Positions 18,016 through 27,713 of a DNA stretch of 64,000 nucleotides are shown here, piece by piece. Location of the stretch: assembly GCA_002423965.1 (NCBI GenBank), contig DIOR01000019.1:41103-105102 (forward strand), in the 5' to 3' direction. The notes beneath the pieces were generated by a model. It worked only from the letters and a program-made list of their open reading frames with translations. It was not told the DNA's origin and made no database searches. The stretch comes from Firmicutes bacterium UBA5509 (GTDB taxonomy: Bacteria; Bacillota; Proteinivoracia; UBA4975). The translations under genes were made by a program, and so were the position numbers. Positions within the stretch are counted from its first letter, which is position 1. Each line of letters opens with the position of its first letter.

Positions 18016-19383
18016 ATGAGCCCAATAGTATTTGCCGGCTTTGCTCCACATCCTCCTCTGCTAATTGAGGGTGTAGGAGATGAACACAAGCCGGAGGCGG
18101 CCCAAACAGATGAGGCATATCGGCAGCTGGCTGCCCGCCTGGTAGAAACCCAGCCAAACACAGTGATAGTCGTGACTCCCCACGGGCCGGTATTCTCAGA
18201 TGCCTATACCATACCGGGCTGGGACACTTTGCACGGGGACTTTACCCCTTTTGGCTCTGCAGTCTCCATGACCTGGGAGGCAAATACAGGTTACAGCCGC
18301 CAGGCAGAAACTCTAGCTGCAAAAAAGGGGTTGCCCTTGGTTGTGGTTAATTCTCGTCAGTTGGCCAGCCATCGCTACAGCACCGGCTTGGACCACGGAA
18401 CCATGGTTCCCCTGTGGTATTTACAGGCTGCTGGCTGGAAGGGGAAGGTAGTATGCATTCGCATCGGCGGCCTTCCTCCACGCCAATGCTATGAGATTGG
18501 TAAGGTTCTGGCTGAGACCTCTGGGGACGAAAAAATCGCCCTTATTGCCAGCGGCGACATGTCTCATTGTCTCAAGGAAAATGGTCCTTCACCTTACAAC
18601 CCCGTGGGGCTAGAATTTGATGAGACTGTTGTCGCCGCCTTAGAAAAAAGCGATTATCAGGCAGTGCTGGCTATTCCTCCAGAGTTTCGCCAGCGAGCGG
18701 CTGAATGCGGCTGGCGCCCCTTAGTCACTTTACTGGGGGCTTTAGATGGCAGAGAAAGCAAAAGCCAGGTTCTCAGCTATCAGGGACCCTTTGGGGTAGG
18801 ATACCTTGTTGCCATCTTTACACTGGAAGACGGAGAAAGGCAGGGGTTAACTTTTCCACTGAATACCCCGGAAGATGCCAGCATCTACACCCAGCTGGCC
18901 AGAAAGGCAATTCGCCAGTACCTGATAAAGGAAGAGACTATAGAGATAGAATCTCCCGAGCCTCCCTTGGACCGTCCCCAAGCCGCTTTTGTCAGCTTAA
19001 AATTGGACGATCAACTTCGGGGTTGCATCGGCACTATTGAGCCAAAGTATGAACATTTAGGGGCAGAGATCGTTGCCAATGCCATCGCCGCAGCCACCAC
19101 CGATCCCCGCTTTGACAGGGTCACCATTTCCGATCTGGAGCAGTTATCCATCAGTGTAGACCTTTTGTCGGAGCCTGTACCAGCAACTTACTCACAGCTG
19201 GATCCCTCTAAGCTAGGCTTAATTGCCCAGTGGCGAGGGCGCAGGGGCTTGCTACTGCCTGATTTATCTGGAGTCGATACCCCGGAAGAGCAGCTGGAAA
19301 TAGCCCTGCGCAAGGGGGGCATTCCCAAGGAAAAGGCTAGGGAGGCCAAGCTATACACCTTTACAGTTGAAAGGCATTACTAA
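18016..19383 (+). CDS. amrA: AmmeMemoRadiSam system protein: N-terminal LigB/MEMO-like domain fused to C-terminal AMMECR1 domain
   Basis: PHPP, TPHG, LDHG, SGDMSH, ECG in N-half; AFVSL...LRGCIGT, AATTDPRF, VDLLS, GLLLPDL in C-half. Confidence 0.88.
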   Translation: MSPIVFAGFAPHPPLLIEGVGDEHKPEAAQTDEAYRQLAARLVETQPNTVIVVTPHGPVFSDAYTIPGWDTLHGDFTPFGSAVSMTWEANTGYSRQAETLAAKKGLPLVVVNSRQLASHRYSTGLDHGTMVPLWYLQAAGWKGKVVCIRIGGLPPRQCYEIGKVLAETSGDEKIALIASGDMSHCLKENGPSPYNPVGLEFDETVVAALEKSDYQAVLAIPPEFRQRAAECGWRPLVTLLGALDGRESKSQVLSYQGPFGVGYLVAIFTLEDGERQGLTFPLNTPEDASIYTQLARKAIRQYLIKEETIEIESPEPPLDRPQAAFVSLKLDDQLRGCIGTIEPKYEHLGAEIVANAIAAATTDPRFDRVTISDLEQLSISVDLLSEPVPATYSQLDPSKLGLIAQWRGRRGLLLPDLSGVDTPEEQLEIALRKGGIPKEKAREAKLYTFTVERHY

Positions 19384-19384
19384 G

Positions 19385-20377
19385 ATGCAAGAAGCCCTGT
19401 ACTGGGAAAAGGTAGGAGGGCAAGTTCATTGCCTTCTTTGCCCCCATGACTGCACAATCCCTGCCCAGGGGAGCGGCCGTTGCCAAGTGCGCAAAAATAT
19501 TGGCGGTGTCCTATACACCCTGAACTACGGGGAAGTCAGCGGTCTGGCCCTAGATCCCATTGAAAAAAAGCCCCTCTACCACTTTTACCCCGGCAGCCTG
19601 ATCCTCTCGGTGGGCTCCAGAGGGTGTAATCTTAACTGCGGCTTTTGCCAAAACTGGCCCAGTGTCCAGGGAGAATATCCTATGGAGACACTGAATCCGT
19701 CAGAACTGGTGGACTTGGCAGAGGCAACAAAGAAACGAGGAAACATTGGCATAGCCTTTACCTATACCGAACCCCTGGTCTGGTATGAGTATGTCCTGGC
19801 AGGAGCAAAAGAGGCCCGCAGGCGGGGACTGAAGACCGTCCTGGTTACTAACGGCTTCGTCAGCCTCCAGCCATGGCTGGAACTCCTTGACACCATAGAC
19901 GCAGTTAATATCGACCTTAAGGCCTTTAACACCGATTTTTACCGGGATAATTGTAAGGGCAGTCTGGAGCCAGTCCAGGAGGCCATTGCCGCTGCAGTTG
20001 GCAAATGCCATGTGGAGGTCACCACTCTCCTAATCCCAGGAGAGAACTCCGGGAAAGAGGAAATTGACCGACTCAGCACATTTCTGGCCGGACTCAATCC
20101 CCAGATTCCCCTGCACCTGTCCCGCTACCATCCAGCCCGACAGTGGCAGCAGCCTGCCACCCCACCGGAACTGATACGGGACTTGGCAGAAATAGCCCGG
20201 CAAGAGCTTGAGTTCGTCTATACCGGAAACCTGCCAGGCTCATACTCTGCCGGAACTTATTGCCCTCAGTGTGGACAGCTTCTAATTCAACGGGGCACTT
20301 CCCCCGGAGTGTTGTTATCCGGGAATAGCTGTCCCCGCTGTAAATACAGACTAAGTATCCCAGCATGCAAGGAGTGA
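19385..20377 (+). CDS. amrS: AmmeMemoRadiSam system radical SAM enzyme
   Basis: N-terminal CLLCPHDC...GRC, LDPIEKKPLYHFYPG, CNLNCGFCQN, FTYTEP, C-terminal CPQC/CPRC. Confidence 0.92.
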   Translation: MQEALYWEKVGGQVHCLLCPHDCTIPAQGSGRCQVRKNIGGVLYTLNYGEVSGLALDPIEKKPLYHFYPGSLILSVGSRGCNLNCGFCQNWPSVQGEYPMETLNPSELVDLAEATKKRGNIGIAFTYTEPLVWYEYVLAGAKEARRRGLKTVLVTNGFVSLQPWLELLDTIDAVNIDLKAFNTDFYRDNCKGSLEPVQEAIAAAVGKCHVEVTTLLIPGENSGKEEIDRLSTFLAGLNPQIPLHLSRYHPARQWQQPATPPELIRDLAEIARQELEFVYTGNLPGSYSAGTYCPQCGQLLIQRGTSPGVLLSGNSCPRCKYRLSIPACKE

Positions 20378-20381
20378 ATCT

Positions 20382-21311
20382 ATGAACAAGCGAGTTGTAG
20401 TGGCCTTAGGTGGAAACGCCATCCTCCAGCCCAAACAGGCTGGAACAGCTGAAGTGCAGTTTAAAAACGTTATCAACACCTGTATTCAGTTGGCGGACCT
20501 CATTAAGGTGGGTTACCAGTTGGTCATTACCCACGGCAATGGGCCCCAGGTGGGCAATATTCTATTGCAAAATGAAGAGGCCAAGGACAAGATTCCGCCA
20601 ATGCCCTTAGATGTATGCGGTTCTCAGACCCAGGGGTTCATTGGCTATATGATCCAGCAGTCCATGCAAAACCTGCTTCCCCAGCGCCATGTGGGTACAA
20701 TTCTCACCCAGGTCTTAGTAGATTCTGGCGACAGCGCCTTTCAAAATCCCACAAAGCCCATCGGCCCCTTTTATACACAGCAGCAGGCTAAGGAACTCAT
20801 AGCCCAAAAGGGATATACTATGGTTGAAGACAGCGGCCGCGGATGGCGCAGGGTGGTTCCCTCCCCCAATCCAATTAGCATTGTGGAAAAAGATCTCATT
20901 CAGGCCCTCCTGGACAAGGATGCAATTGTTATCGCCGCAGGCGGCGGTGGCATCCCAGTGGTTAAGGACAGCCAGGGTCAGCTCAGCGGCATTGAGGCCG
21001 TGATTGACAAGGACCTGGCAGGAGCGCGCTTGGCTGGGGACGTGGGTGCAGACATCCTCTTAATTCTCACCGATGTAGAGGCCGTAGCCACCAATTGGGG
21101 CAAACCGGATCAAAAATTCCTCCACCATCTGAGCCTGGAAGAAGCCAAAGAATATGCTGCTCAGGGTCAATTCAAAGCCGGCAGCATGGGGCCAAAGGTG
21201 GAGGCAGCTCTGCGCTTTGTTGAGCAAGGGGGAGAGAAGGCAATTATAGTCTCCCTGAACAAGGCAGCAGCTGCTTTACAAGGGACAGCAGGTACAATAA
21301 TTTTAAAATAA
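20382..21311 (+). CDS. arcC: Carbamate kinase
   Basis: VVALGGNA, THGNGPQVG, PTKPIGPF, WRRVVPSP, VIDKD, GSMGPKV. Confidence 0.96.
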   Translation: MNKRVVVALGGNAILQPKQAGTAEVQFKNVINTCIQLADLIKVGYQLVITHGNGPQVGNILLQNEEAKDKIPPMPLDVCGSQTQGFIGYMIQQSMQNLLPQRHVGTILTQVLVDSGDSAFQNPTKPIGPFYTQQQAKELIAQKGYTMVEDSGRGWRRVVPSPNPISIVEKDLIQALLDKDAIVIAAGGGGIPVVKDSQGQLSGIEAVIDKDLAGARLAGDVGADILLILTDVEAVATNWGKPDQKFLHHLSLEEAKEYAAQGQFKAGSMGPKVEAALRFVEQGGEKAIIVSLNKAAAALQGTAGTIILK

Positions 21312-21341
21312 ATTTTTCCTTAAGGAAGGGAGTAGATCGAT

Positions 21342-22328
21342 TTGGCAGTTAATCTCAAAGGCAGGCATTTTCTCACTCTGTTGGACTTTAGTCCCGAAGA
21401 AATCAAGTACCTCTTGGACTTGGCCGCTGAGCTGAAAAGCCTAAAGTATGCTGGCGTCCGTCCCCGTAACTTGGAAGGCAAGAACATTGCCCTCATCTTT
21501 GAAAAGACCTCCACCCGCACCCGCTGCGCCTTTATGGTCGCGGCAGCTGATGAAGGCGCCCACGCCGACTATCTGGGCAAGGACGACATCCAGCTAGGGA
21601 AAAAGGAATCTGTGGCCGATACCGCACGGGTTCTCGGTCGCATGTTTGACGGCATCGAGTTTAGGGGCTTTGCCCATGAAACCGTCGAGACCCTGGCCAA
21701 GTATTCCGGCGTCCCTGTCTGGAACGGCCTCACCGATCAGTACCATCCCACTCAAATCTTGGCAGACTTCCTCACCATCATTGAACAAAAGGGCTACCTC
21801 CGGGGTATTAAATTTGCCTATGTAGGTGATGGTCGCAATAACATGGCCAACTCCCTGATGATCGGTGCCGCAAAGATGGGCTTAGACATGAGGGTTGTCA
21901 GTCCCAAGGACTTATTCCCTGAAGAGAGCCTTGTTAAAAAGGTTAAGGAAATTGCCGCTGAAAACGGCGCCAAAATTACCATTACCGATTCCGCCAAAGA
22001 CGGAGTTGCTGGAGCCGATGTAATATACTCCGACGTCTGGGTCAGCATGGGGGAAGAAGATCTCTTTGCCCAGCGCATCGCCCAACTCAAGCCCTACCAA
22101 ATTAACATGGACATGATTAAGATGGCTGCTCCTGACGTTACTTTCCTCCACTGTCTGCCTGCATTCCACGACCGCAACACCATCATCGGCGAGCAGATTT
22201 TCCAAGAGTTTGGACTTTCCGAAATGGAAGTAACCGACGAAGTCTTTGAAAGCAAGCATTCCAAGGCCTTTGACCAGGCAGAAAACCGCCTACACACCAT
22301 CAAGGCCGTCATGGTGGCCACCTTATAA
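21342..22328 (+). CDS. arcB: Ornithine carbamoyltransferase (likely catabolic by context)
   Basis: [38 protein letters not shown]; TTG start. Confidence 0.93.
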   Translation: MAVNLKGRHFLTLLDFSPEEIKYLLDLAAELKSLKYAGVRPRNLEGKNIALIFEKTSTRTRCAFMVAAADEGAHADYLGKDDIQLGKKESVADTARVLGRMFDGIEFRGFAHETVETLAKYSGVPVWNGLTDQYHPTQILADFLTIIEQKGYLRGIKFAYVGDGRNNMANSLMIGAAKMGLDMRVVSPKDLFPEESLVKKVKEIAAENGAKITITDSAKDGVAGADVIYSDVWVSMGEEDLFAQRIAQLKPYQINMDMIKMAAPDVTFLHCLPAFHDRNTIIGEQIFQEFGLSEMEVTDEVFESKHSKAFDQAENRLHTIKAVMVATL

Positions 22329-22445
22329 ATCGGAAGCAAGAAGCCCGATCTCCGGGCGTGGGTTCTGACAAGGTTTTAAATCAATGGGCTACTTACCGGC
22401 ACTGCCGATAAGAAATAAATTTAAACTAGGTTAGGAGGATTTATC

Positions 22446-23756
22446 GTGTCAATCAAAGTTATTATTATGGGAGCTGCAGGTCGTGACTTTCACAACTTCA
22501 ACGTCTACTTCCGTGACAATGAAGCATACGACGTAGTAGCTTTTACCGCCACCCAAATCCCCGATATTGAGGGAAGGATGTATCCCCCGGAACTCGCTGG
22601 GAAATTGTATCCCAACGGCATTCCCATCCATGCAGAAGAAGAACTCACTGACTTAATCAAGAAACACGATGTCCAGCAAGTAATCTTCGCTTACAGTGAT
22701 GTGCCCTATCCCGTCCTTATGAATAAGGCCGCCGCAGTGCAGGCCGCGGGAGCGGACTTCCGTTTTATGGGCCCCAACACCACGATGCTTAAATCTAGCA
22801 AGCCGGTTATCGCTGTTACCGCAATCCGCACTGGCGTTGGCAAAAGCCAGACGACTCGTAAAGTTTGTGACATCCTCAAGGCTATGGGAAAAAAAGTTGT
22901 TGCCATTCGCCATCCCATGCCCTACGGAGATTTAGCAAAACAAGCTTGCCAGCGCTTTGCTACCTATGCCGACCTGGATAAGCATAAATGCACCATTGAA
23001 GAGCGTGAAGAGTACGAACCCCATATTGACCGCGGCATCATAGTCTATGCCGGTGTCGACTATGGCCAAATCCTTGCAGAAGCAGAAAAAGAAGCCGACA
23101 TCATCGTCTGGGACGGCGGAAACAACGACTTCTCCTTCTACCACGCTGACCTCTACATCACCCTGGTTGACCCCCATCGCCCCGGTCACGAAGTTGGTTA
23201 TCATCCCGGCGAAGTCAACCTACGTATGGCTGACGTAGTTATCATCAACAAGATGGAAACTGCTTCCGCCGACGGCATCAACATTGTCCGCAAGAACATC
23301 GCCAAATGCGCTCCCGATGCAATAGTCATCGAAGGCGCATCCCCAATCAGCGTCAAAGACGGCCACAAGATCAAAGGCAAGAAGGTCTTGGTCATTGAAG
23401 ACGGCCCCACCCTTACCCACGGCGAAATGACTTATGGTGCCGGCACCGTCGCCGCTCGCAAATTTGGCGCAGCTGAACTTATTGACCCCCGTCCTTGGGC
23501 AGTTGGAAGCATCAAGGATACCTTTGATAAGTATACTCACCTAACCAATATTCTCCCCGCCATGGGTTACGGCGACAAGCAAATTCGTGAACTGGAAAAG
23601 ACCATCGACGCTATTGACTGCGACTTAGTTATCGCGGCTACTCCTATTGACCTTACTCGTATTCTCAAGATCAAGCGGCCCGCAGTGCGCGTTGGTTATG
23701 AACTCCAGGAAATCGGCACCCCCACCCTTGACGATGTCCTGGCCAAATTTAAGTAA
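22446..23756 (+). CDS. arcE: Arginine synthetase-like P-loop protein (cyclic 2,3-DPG synthetase/GTPase-annotated family)
   Basis: MGAAGRDFHNFN, FTATQIPDIEGR, RTGVGKSQT, HPMPYGDL, TIEEREEYEP, WDGGNND, EDGPTLTHG match the ArcE family as I recall it; adjacent to arcB and arcC. Confidence 0.8.
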   Translation: MSIKVIIMGAAGRDFHNFNVYFRDNEAYDVVAFTATQIPDIEGRMYPPELAGKLYPNGIPIHAEEELTDLIKKHDVQQVIFAYSDVPYPVLMNKAAAVQAAGADFRFMGPNTTMLKSSKPVIAVTAIRTGVGKSQTTRKVCDILKAMGKKVVAIRHPMPYGDLAKQACQRFATYADLDKHKCTIEEREEYEPHIDRGIIVYAGVDYGQILAEAEKEADIIVWDGGNNDFSFYHADLYITLVDPHRPGHEVGYHPGEVNLRMADVVIINKMETASADGINIVRKNIAKCAPDAIVIEGASPISVKDGHKIKGKKVLVIEDGPTLTHGEMTYGAGTVAARKFGAAELIDPRPWAVGSIKDTFDKYTHLTNILPAMGYGDKQIRELEKTIDAIDCDLVIAATPIDLTRILKIKRPAVRVGYELQEIGTPTLDDVLAKFK

Positions 23757-23761
23757 AACCG

Positions 23762-23790
23762 AAAGGGAGCCCACGGGCTCCCTTCCCTTT
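23762..23790 (+). terminator. Terminator closing the arginine/ornithine cluster
   Basis: AGGGAGCC-cacg-GGCTCCCT followed by a pyrimidine tract. Confidence 0.7.
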
Positions 23791-23875
23791 CTTCCCGGCA
23801 ATGCCGAGAAATGGCTGGAGGTATTGCAGGGATTTTTATCTTCTGCGGCGAAAAAATATACTGAGGTGAATTATT

Positions 23876-24100
23876 ATGAAGCTCCTGATAAACTGCAAGG
23901 ACGATTTTGAGGCTCAGCTAATCGAAGGTTTGTTGTCCACTGCAGGCATTGCTGTGCAAAGGAAGTATCGGGGAGTAGGCCAAATTCTCAAAATTTACGG
24001 GGGCTTAGGCCGGGATGTGGATATTTACGTTCCAGGCGACCGCCTTGAAGAGGCGCGTCAGCTTCTGGAACATCGTGAAGAAGAATGGGAAGAACCATAA
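23876..24100 (+). CDS. Small DUF2007-like (PII-fold) protein
   Basis: EAQLIEGLL..AGI, V.IYVP..RLEEARQLL; RBS GAGGTG. Confidence 0.75.
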   Translation: MKLLINCKDDFEAQLIEGLLSTAGIAVQRKYRGVGQILKIYGGLGRDVDIYVPGDRLEEARQLLEHREEEWEEP

Positions 24101-24149
24101 CAAGATTCGACAAACTATTACCTGGGCAATACTTTTTTGACAATCTACT

Positions 24150-25562
24150 TTGGATTTATTAAATAGGCAGGGGGGAATAATTCTGGAACAGTTGCTGAAA
24201 CATGGCCTAGATGCAGCTTTTGCCGCAGGTGCAGATTATGTTGAATTAACTGGAGTTGATGTGGAAGAACAGAAGTGGAACATAGAAAACGCTCGCCCTT
24301 CCTGCAGGAGAAACAGGGAGGCAGGAATTTCCCTACGCCTGATTGCAGCTGGCCGTTGGGGGTTTGCTGCTGGACCTGCCACCAACAAGCCTGCCGTCAG
24401 CCAGTTGGTCAAGGCAGCCTTAGAGGGTGCAAATGTTCAGCCTTCCAATCGCCATCCTGTTGAACTTAGCACGGCATTTCCCGCTACTGGCAGTTGGGCG
24501 GGTGCTTGTGCCCAGGACCCCTTTACTATATCTAACGCTGAGCTGTTAGAAATGCTAGAAGAAACAGATCAGGCTATGACTGTGGAAGGCATTGAGCAAC
24601 GTCGGGCATGGCTTCACTTTCGCAGGGAACATCGCCATTATCTTAATAGCGAAGGCAGCTCAAATCAGCAAGCCTTTACTCTATCCGGCGGGGGCATTAC
24701 TGCCCAAGCTTTTGGGGAGGGAGAAGTCCAGCAGCGGAGTTGGCCATCTCCCCAAGGAAGTTATGCCGGGAAGGGCTATGAATATATTAAAGAACTGGAC
24801 CTTCCGGGACATAGTCAACAAATTGCTCAGGAAGCCTTTGCTTTGACGAAGGCCCCTGCCTGTCCCCAGGAGGTCATGGATGTCATTCTCCTTGGACCCA
24901 TGCTGGCCACTCAAATTCACTATACCCTTGGGGTTAGGCTACAACTAGGCATGCTGGATTCCTTGGATCTCCAGCTGACCTCCCAGCTGAGGCTGGGCTC
25001 GCCGGCCCTGTCCCTGGGTGCTGACGCCTCTCTTCCCGGTGGCGCCGGCAGTTTCGGGTTTGATGCAGAGGGTGTCAAAGCTCAGTCTTTCCCCCTTATA
25101 GAAAGGGGCCGCGTTGTCAACTATCTCTCTGGCAGGGAAACGGCGGCAGAAACCGGGCGTTTCAGTGGCGGGTGCATGCGTTCTCCCAGCCTTTACTCTC
25201 CTCCCGTCCCCTGGATGACCAATGTAATCATGGGGACCGAGACTTGCAGCCTGGGGGAATTGGCTGGAGATATTAAGCGGGGAATACTCATGGATACCCC
25301 CCGATCCTATACAGTCAATCCCCAACTCAGTGGCTTTGCTGCTCAATCTGAAATCGGCTGGATGATTGAAGACGGAGTAATAACTCATATGGTGAAAAAC
25401 CCCTTTTACAGAGGCAATTCAAAGGCCTTTTGGAGCGGCTGCGACGCTGCCGCTGCTATCTCTCATCAAAAGTACTATGGGATAATGGACAAGGGGATTG
25501 CCGTTGGCCATTCCGTGGTGCCTGTGCGGATCCGTAGCGTGAGAGTAGGTGATAGGCGGTGA
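24150..25562 (+). CDS. tldD: TldD family protein with degenerate metal-binding motif
   Basis: GISLRL...GRWGFA, GSFGFDAEGVKAQ, LIERG, MTN, GILM; expected HExxGH reads HYTLGV; start codon uncertain. Confidence 0.75.
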   Translation: MDLLNRQGGIILEQLLKHGLDAAFAAGADYVELTGVDVEEQKWNIENARPSCRRNREAGISLRLIAAGRWGFAAGPATNKPAVSQLVKAALEGANVQPSNRHPVELSTAFPATGSWAGACAQDPFTISNAELLEMLEETDQAMTVEGIEQRRAWLHFRREHRHYLNSEGSSNQQAFTLSGGGITAQAFGEGEVQQRSWPSPQGSYAGKGYEYIKELDLPGHSQQIAQEAFALTKAPACPQEVMDVILLGPMLATQIHYTLGVRLQLGMLDSLDLQLTSQLRLGSPALSLGADASLPGGAGSFGFDAEGVKAQSFPLIERGRVVNYLSGRETAAETGRFSGGCMRSPSLYSPPVPWMTNVIMGTETCSLGELAGDIKRGILMDTPRSYTVNPQLSGFAAQSEIGWMIEDGVITHMVKNPFYRGNSKAFWSGCDAAAAISHQKYYGIMDKGIAVGHSVVPVRIRSVRVGDRR

Positions 25563-26878
25563 CAGAGAAAAACAAGCTTCTGACTATCCTGGAAAAAGTT
25601 TTGCCCAAGGATATTCCGGCAGAAATAGCTGTTGTCACCCAGAGCCAGGAAGCTTCTTGGCTTCGCCACAACTCCATGGTTCAAGGGAGCAAGGTTGACA
25701 ATGTCTTAGTCCAGGTGCGAGTAGAGGAGAATGGCCGAGTGGGAGAAGGGACAACCAATGTCTTCAACCTACCCTCCCTGCGTCAAGCAGTAAGCCAGGC
25801 TCGAAAAGGGGCTTTTTGCCCTGGGCCTTTAGTGTTAAGTGGCAGTAAGGGCTACCGCGAGTTGTCCTTGGCATCTGCTACCCTGGAACAAAGTCCACAG
25901 GATCGGGCGAGCCTGCTGACCAAGATAACGGACCTGGCAGGTAGGGCAAGCCTATTGGTTGACGGCAGCCTTACTGCTAATGTTGCGGAAATAGCTGTAG
26001 TCAACTCCCTTGGTGTCTCAGCATATACTAAGGCTGCCTCTGCTGAATTTGAGATCACTGTATCCAGCTCTACAGGCCCTGGCCGAGGCTATGGTTATTT
26101 TTGTCACCCTAACGCAGAAAAGCTGGATGTCATTAGCCCCTTTCTTATTGCCGCCGCCAAATGCCAGAGCTCTGACAAACAGCAGCCACTGCCGGCCGGA
26201 GAATACACCGTTATTTTAGAGCCTGCTGCTGTGGCAGGATTGATGGAAGTAGCCGCAAAAATCTTCTTTGATGGGCAAGCCTTTATCCAACAGCAGACAC
26301 CGATTAGCCAATTAGGGGAAAAGCTCTTTTCTGAACAGCTGACTATATGGGACGATAGCCTGGATCCCAGGGGGCTTCAGTTGCCTTTTGACTTTGAGGG
26401 GACGCCAAAACAGAGGCTTAGCCTGGTCAATCGTGGTATTGTCCAAGGAGTCTGCCTGGATAACGAAAGTGCGGCGAAACTAAATGCCGTCTCCACAGGC
26501 CATTCGTTGCCAGGGGTGGGCACTCCCCGCCCCGGTCACCTAGTGCTGGAGGCAGGAAATGCTATGCTGGATGACATGATTGCCAGTACTAAACGAGGAA
26601 TCCTGGTCTCTCGCTTCCATGGCATCTCCATTCTTGATCCTCGGGAAGCTGTAATTACCGGCACCACCGCTGGAGGTACCCTGCTGGTGGAAAACGGCAA
26701 GCTCACCGCTGCCCTCCCTGACCTGCGTTTTGTGCAAAACCTTGTCGGGGCTCTGGACAGCATAGAAATGACTGGAGATGAGACGAGGCTATTGGGGGGA
26801 CTCTGGGGAAGCTTTTTGGTGCCGGCTCTTAAGCTCAATAATTTCACATTTCTTACCGGCAATACAGGGCAGATTTAA
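25559..26878 (+). CDS. pmbA: TldE/PmbA family protein
   Basis: YTVILEPAAV, PFDFEGTPKQ, STGH, GILVSRFH, TGTT.GGT.LVENG. Confidence 0.8.
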   Translation: MTEKNKLLTILEKVLPKDIPAEIAVVTQSQEASWLRHNSMVQGSKVDNVLVQVRVEENGRVGEGTTNVFNLPSLRQAVSQARKGAFCPGPLVLSGSKGYRELSLASATLEQSPQDRASLLTKITDLAGRASLLVDGSLTANVAEIAVVNSLGVSAYTKAASAEFEITVSSSTGPGRGYGYFCHPNAEKLDVISPFLIAAAKCQSSDKQQPLPAGEYTVILEPAAVAGLMEVAAKIFFDGQAFIQQQTPISQLGEKLFSEQLTIWDDSLDPRGLQLPFDFEGTPKQRLSLVNRGIVQGVCLDNESAAKLNAVSTGHSLPGVGTPRPGHLVLEAGNAMLDDMIASTKRGILVSRFHGISILDPREAVITGTTAGGTLLVENGKLTAALPDLRFVQNLVGALDSIEMTGDETRLLGGLWGSFLVPALKLNNFTFLTGNTGQI

Positions 26879-26889
26879 GGAGGGTGAGT

Positions 26890-27708
26890 ATGCTAGATAA
26901 ACTGAAAGAACTGTGGCAACCATCACCGGTAGTTATAGTCGATATTGCAATTGTCCTCTACTTACTGTATCGTTTGTACATCCTTATCCGAGGCACCCGG
27001 GCTGTTCAGCTTCTAAAGGGTCTGGTGATTTTAGTCTTTGTCAACCTCCTCAGTCAGTTTATCGGTCTCACCGTCACCAATTGGCTGGTAGAACAAATAC
27101 TGACTGTGGGGATTGTAGCCTTGCCGATTATATTTTATCCCGAACTGCGCAGGGCCCTTGAGCATCTTGGTAGAGGAAGCTTCTTTACAAAGCCAACCTT
27201 TCTTTCTGGAGATGAACGTATTCAAGCAGCAGATGAATTGATTATGGCATTAGTGCAGTTAGCTGATCGCAGGATTGGGGCCTTGGTGATCTGGGAGCAG
27301 GAGACCGGCCTTAAGGATTGGTCGGAAACTGGAGTAAATATTGATGCCGTCCTTACTTCCGAACTGATTCTCAATATATTTGAGCCCAACACGCCACTTC
27401 ACGATGGAGCTGTGATCCTAAGAGGGGATCGGGTGCGGGCTGCCAGCTGTTACCTTCCCCTTTCCGATAGTCCCGAGCTTAAGGTTGGTCTGGGCACTAG
27501 GCACAGGGCAGGAGTGGGTATCACCGAGCAGTCAGACGCCATAGCAATCATTGTATCTGAGGAGACTGGGGCCATTTCCCTTGCTCATGAGGGCAAACTC
27601 ACCAGGTATTTAGATGAGAAATCACTGCGGGACTGGATGGAAAATAATCTCCATCGCCGTCCGCCAGACAACCTCTTCCGGCGGATGCAGTTTAATGGGA
27701 AGGATTGA
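26890..27708 (+). CDS. cdaA: Diadenylate cyclase CdaA
   Basis: Three N-terminal TMs, PELRRALEHLG, PNTPLHDGA, GTRHRA, VSEETG. Confidence 0.95.
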   Translation: MLDKLKELWQPSPVVIVDIAIVLYLLYRLYILIRGTRAVQLLKGLVILVFVNLLSQFIGLTVTNWLVEQILTVGIVALPIIFYPELRRALEHLGRGSFFTKPTFLSGDERIQAADELIMALVQLADRRIGALVIWEQETGLKDWSETGVNIDAVLTSELILNIFEPNTPLHDGAVILRGDRVRAASCYLPLSDSPELKVGLGTRHRAGVGITEQSDAIAIIVSEETGAISLAHEGKLTRYLDEKSLRDWMENNLHRRPPDNLFRRMQFNGKD

Positions 27709-27713
27709 AGTCA

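Noticed and set aside
22446-23756. Annotation as cyclic 2,3-diphosphoglycerate synthetase
   Set aside because: The arcB/arcC context and ArcE-type motifs favour arginine synthetase; still needs phylogeny or assay
24106-24112. TTCGACA (reverse 0A box) upstream of tldD
   Set aside because: A lone heptamer is expected several times by chance in 64 kb
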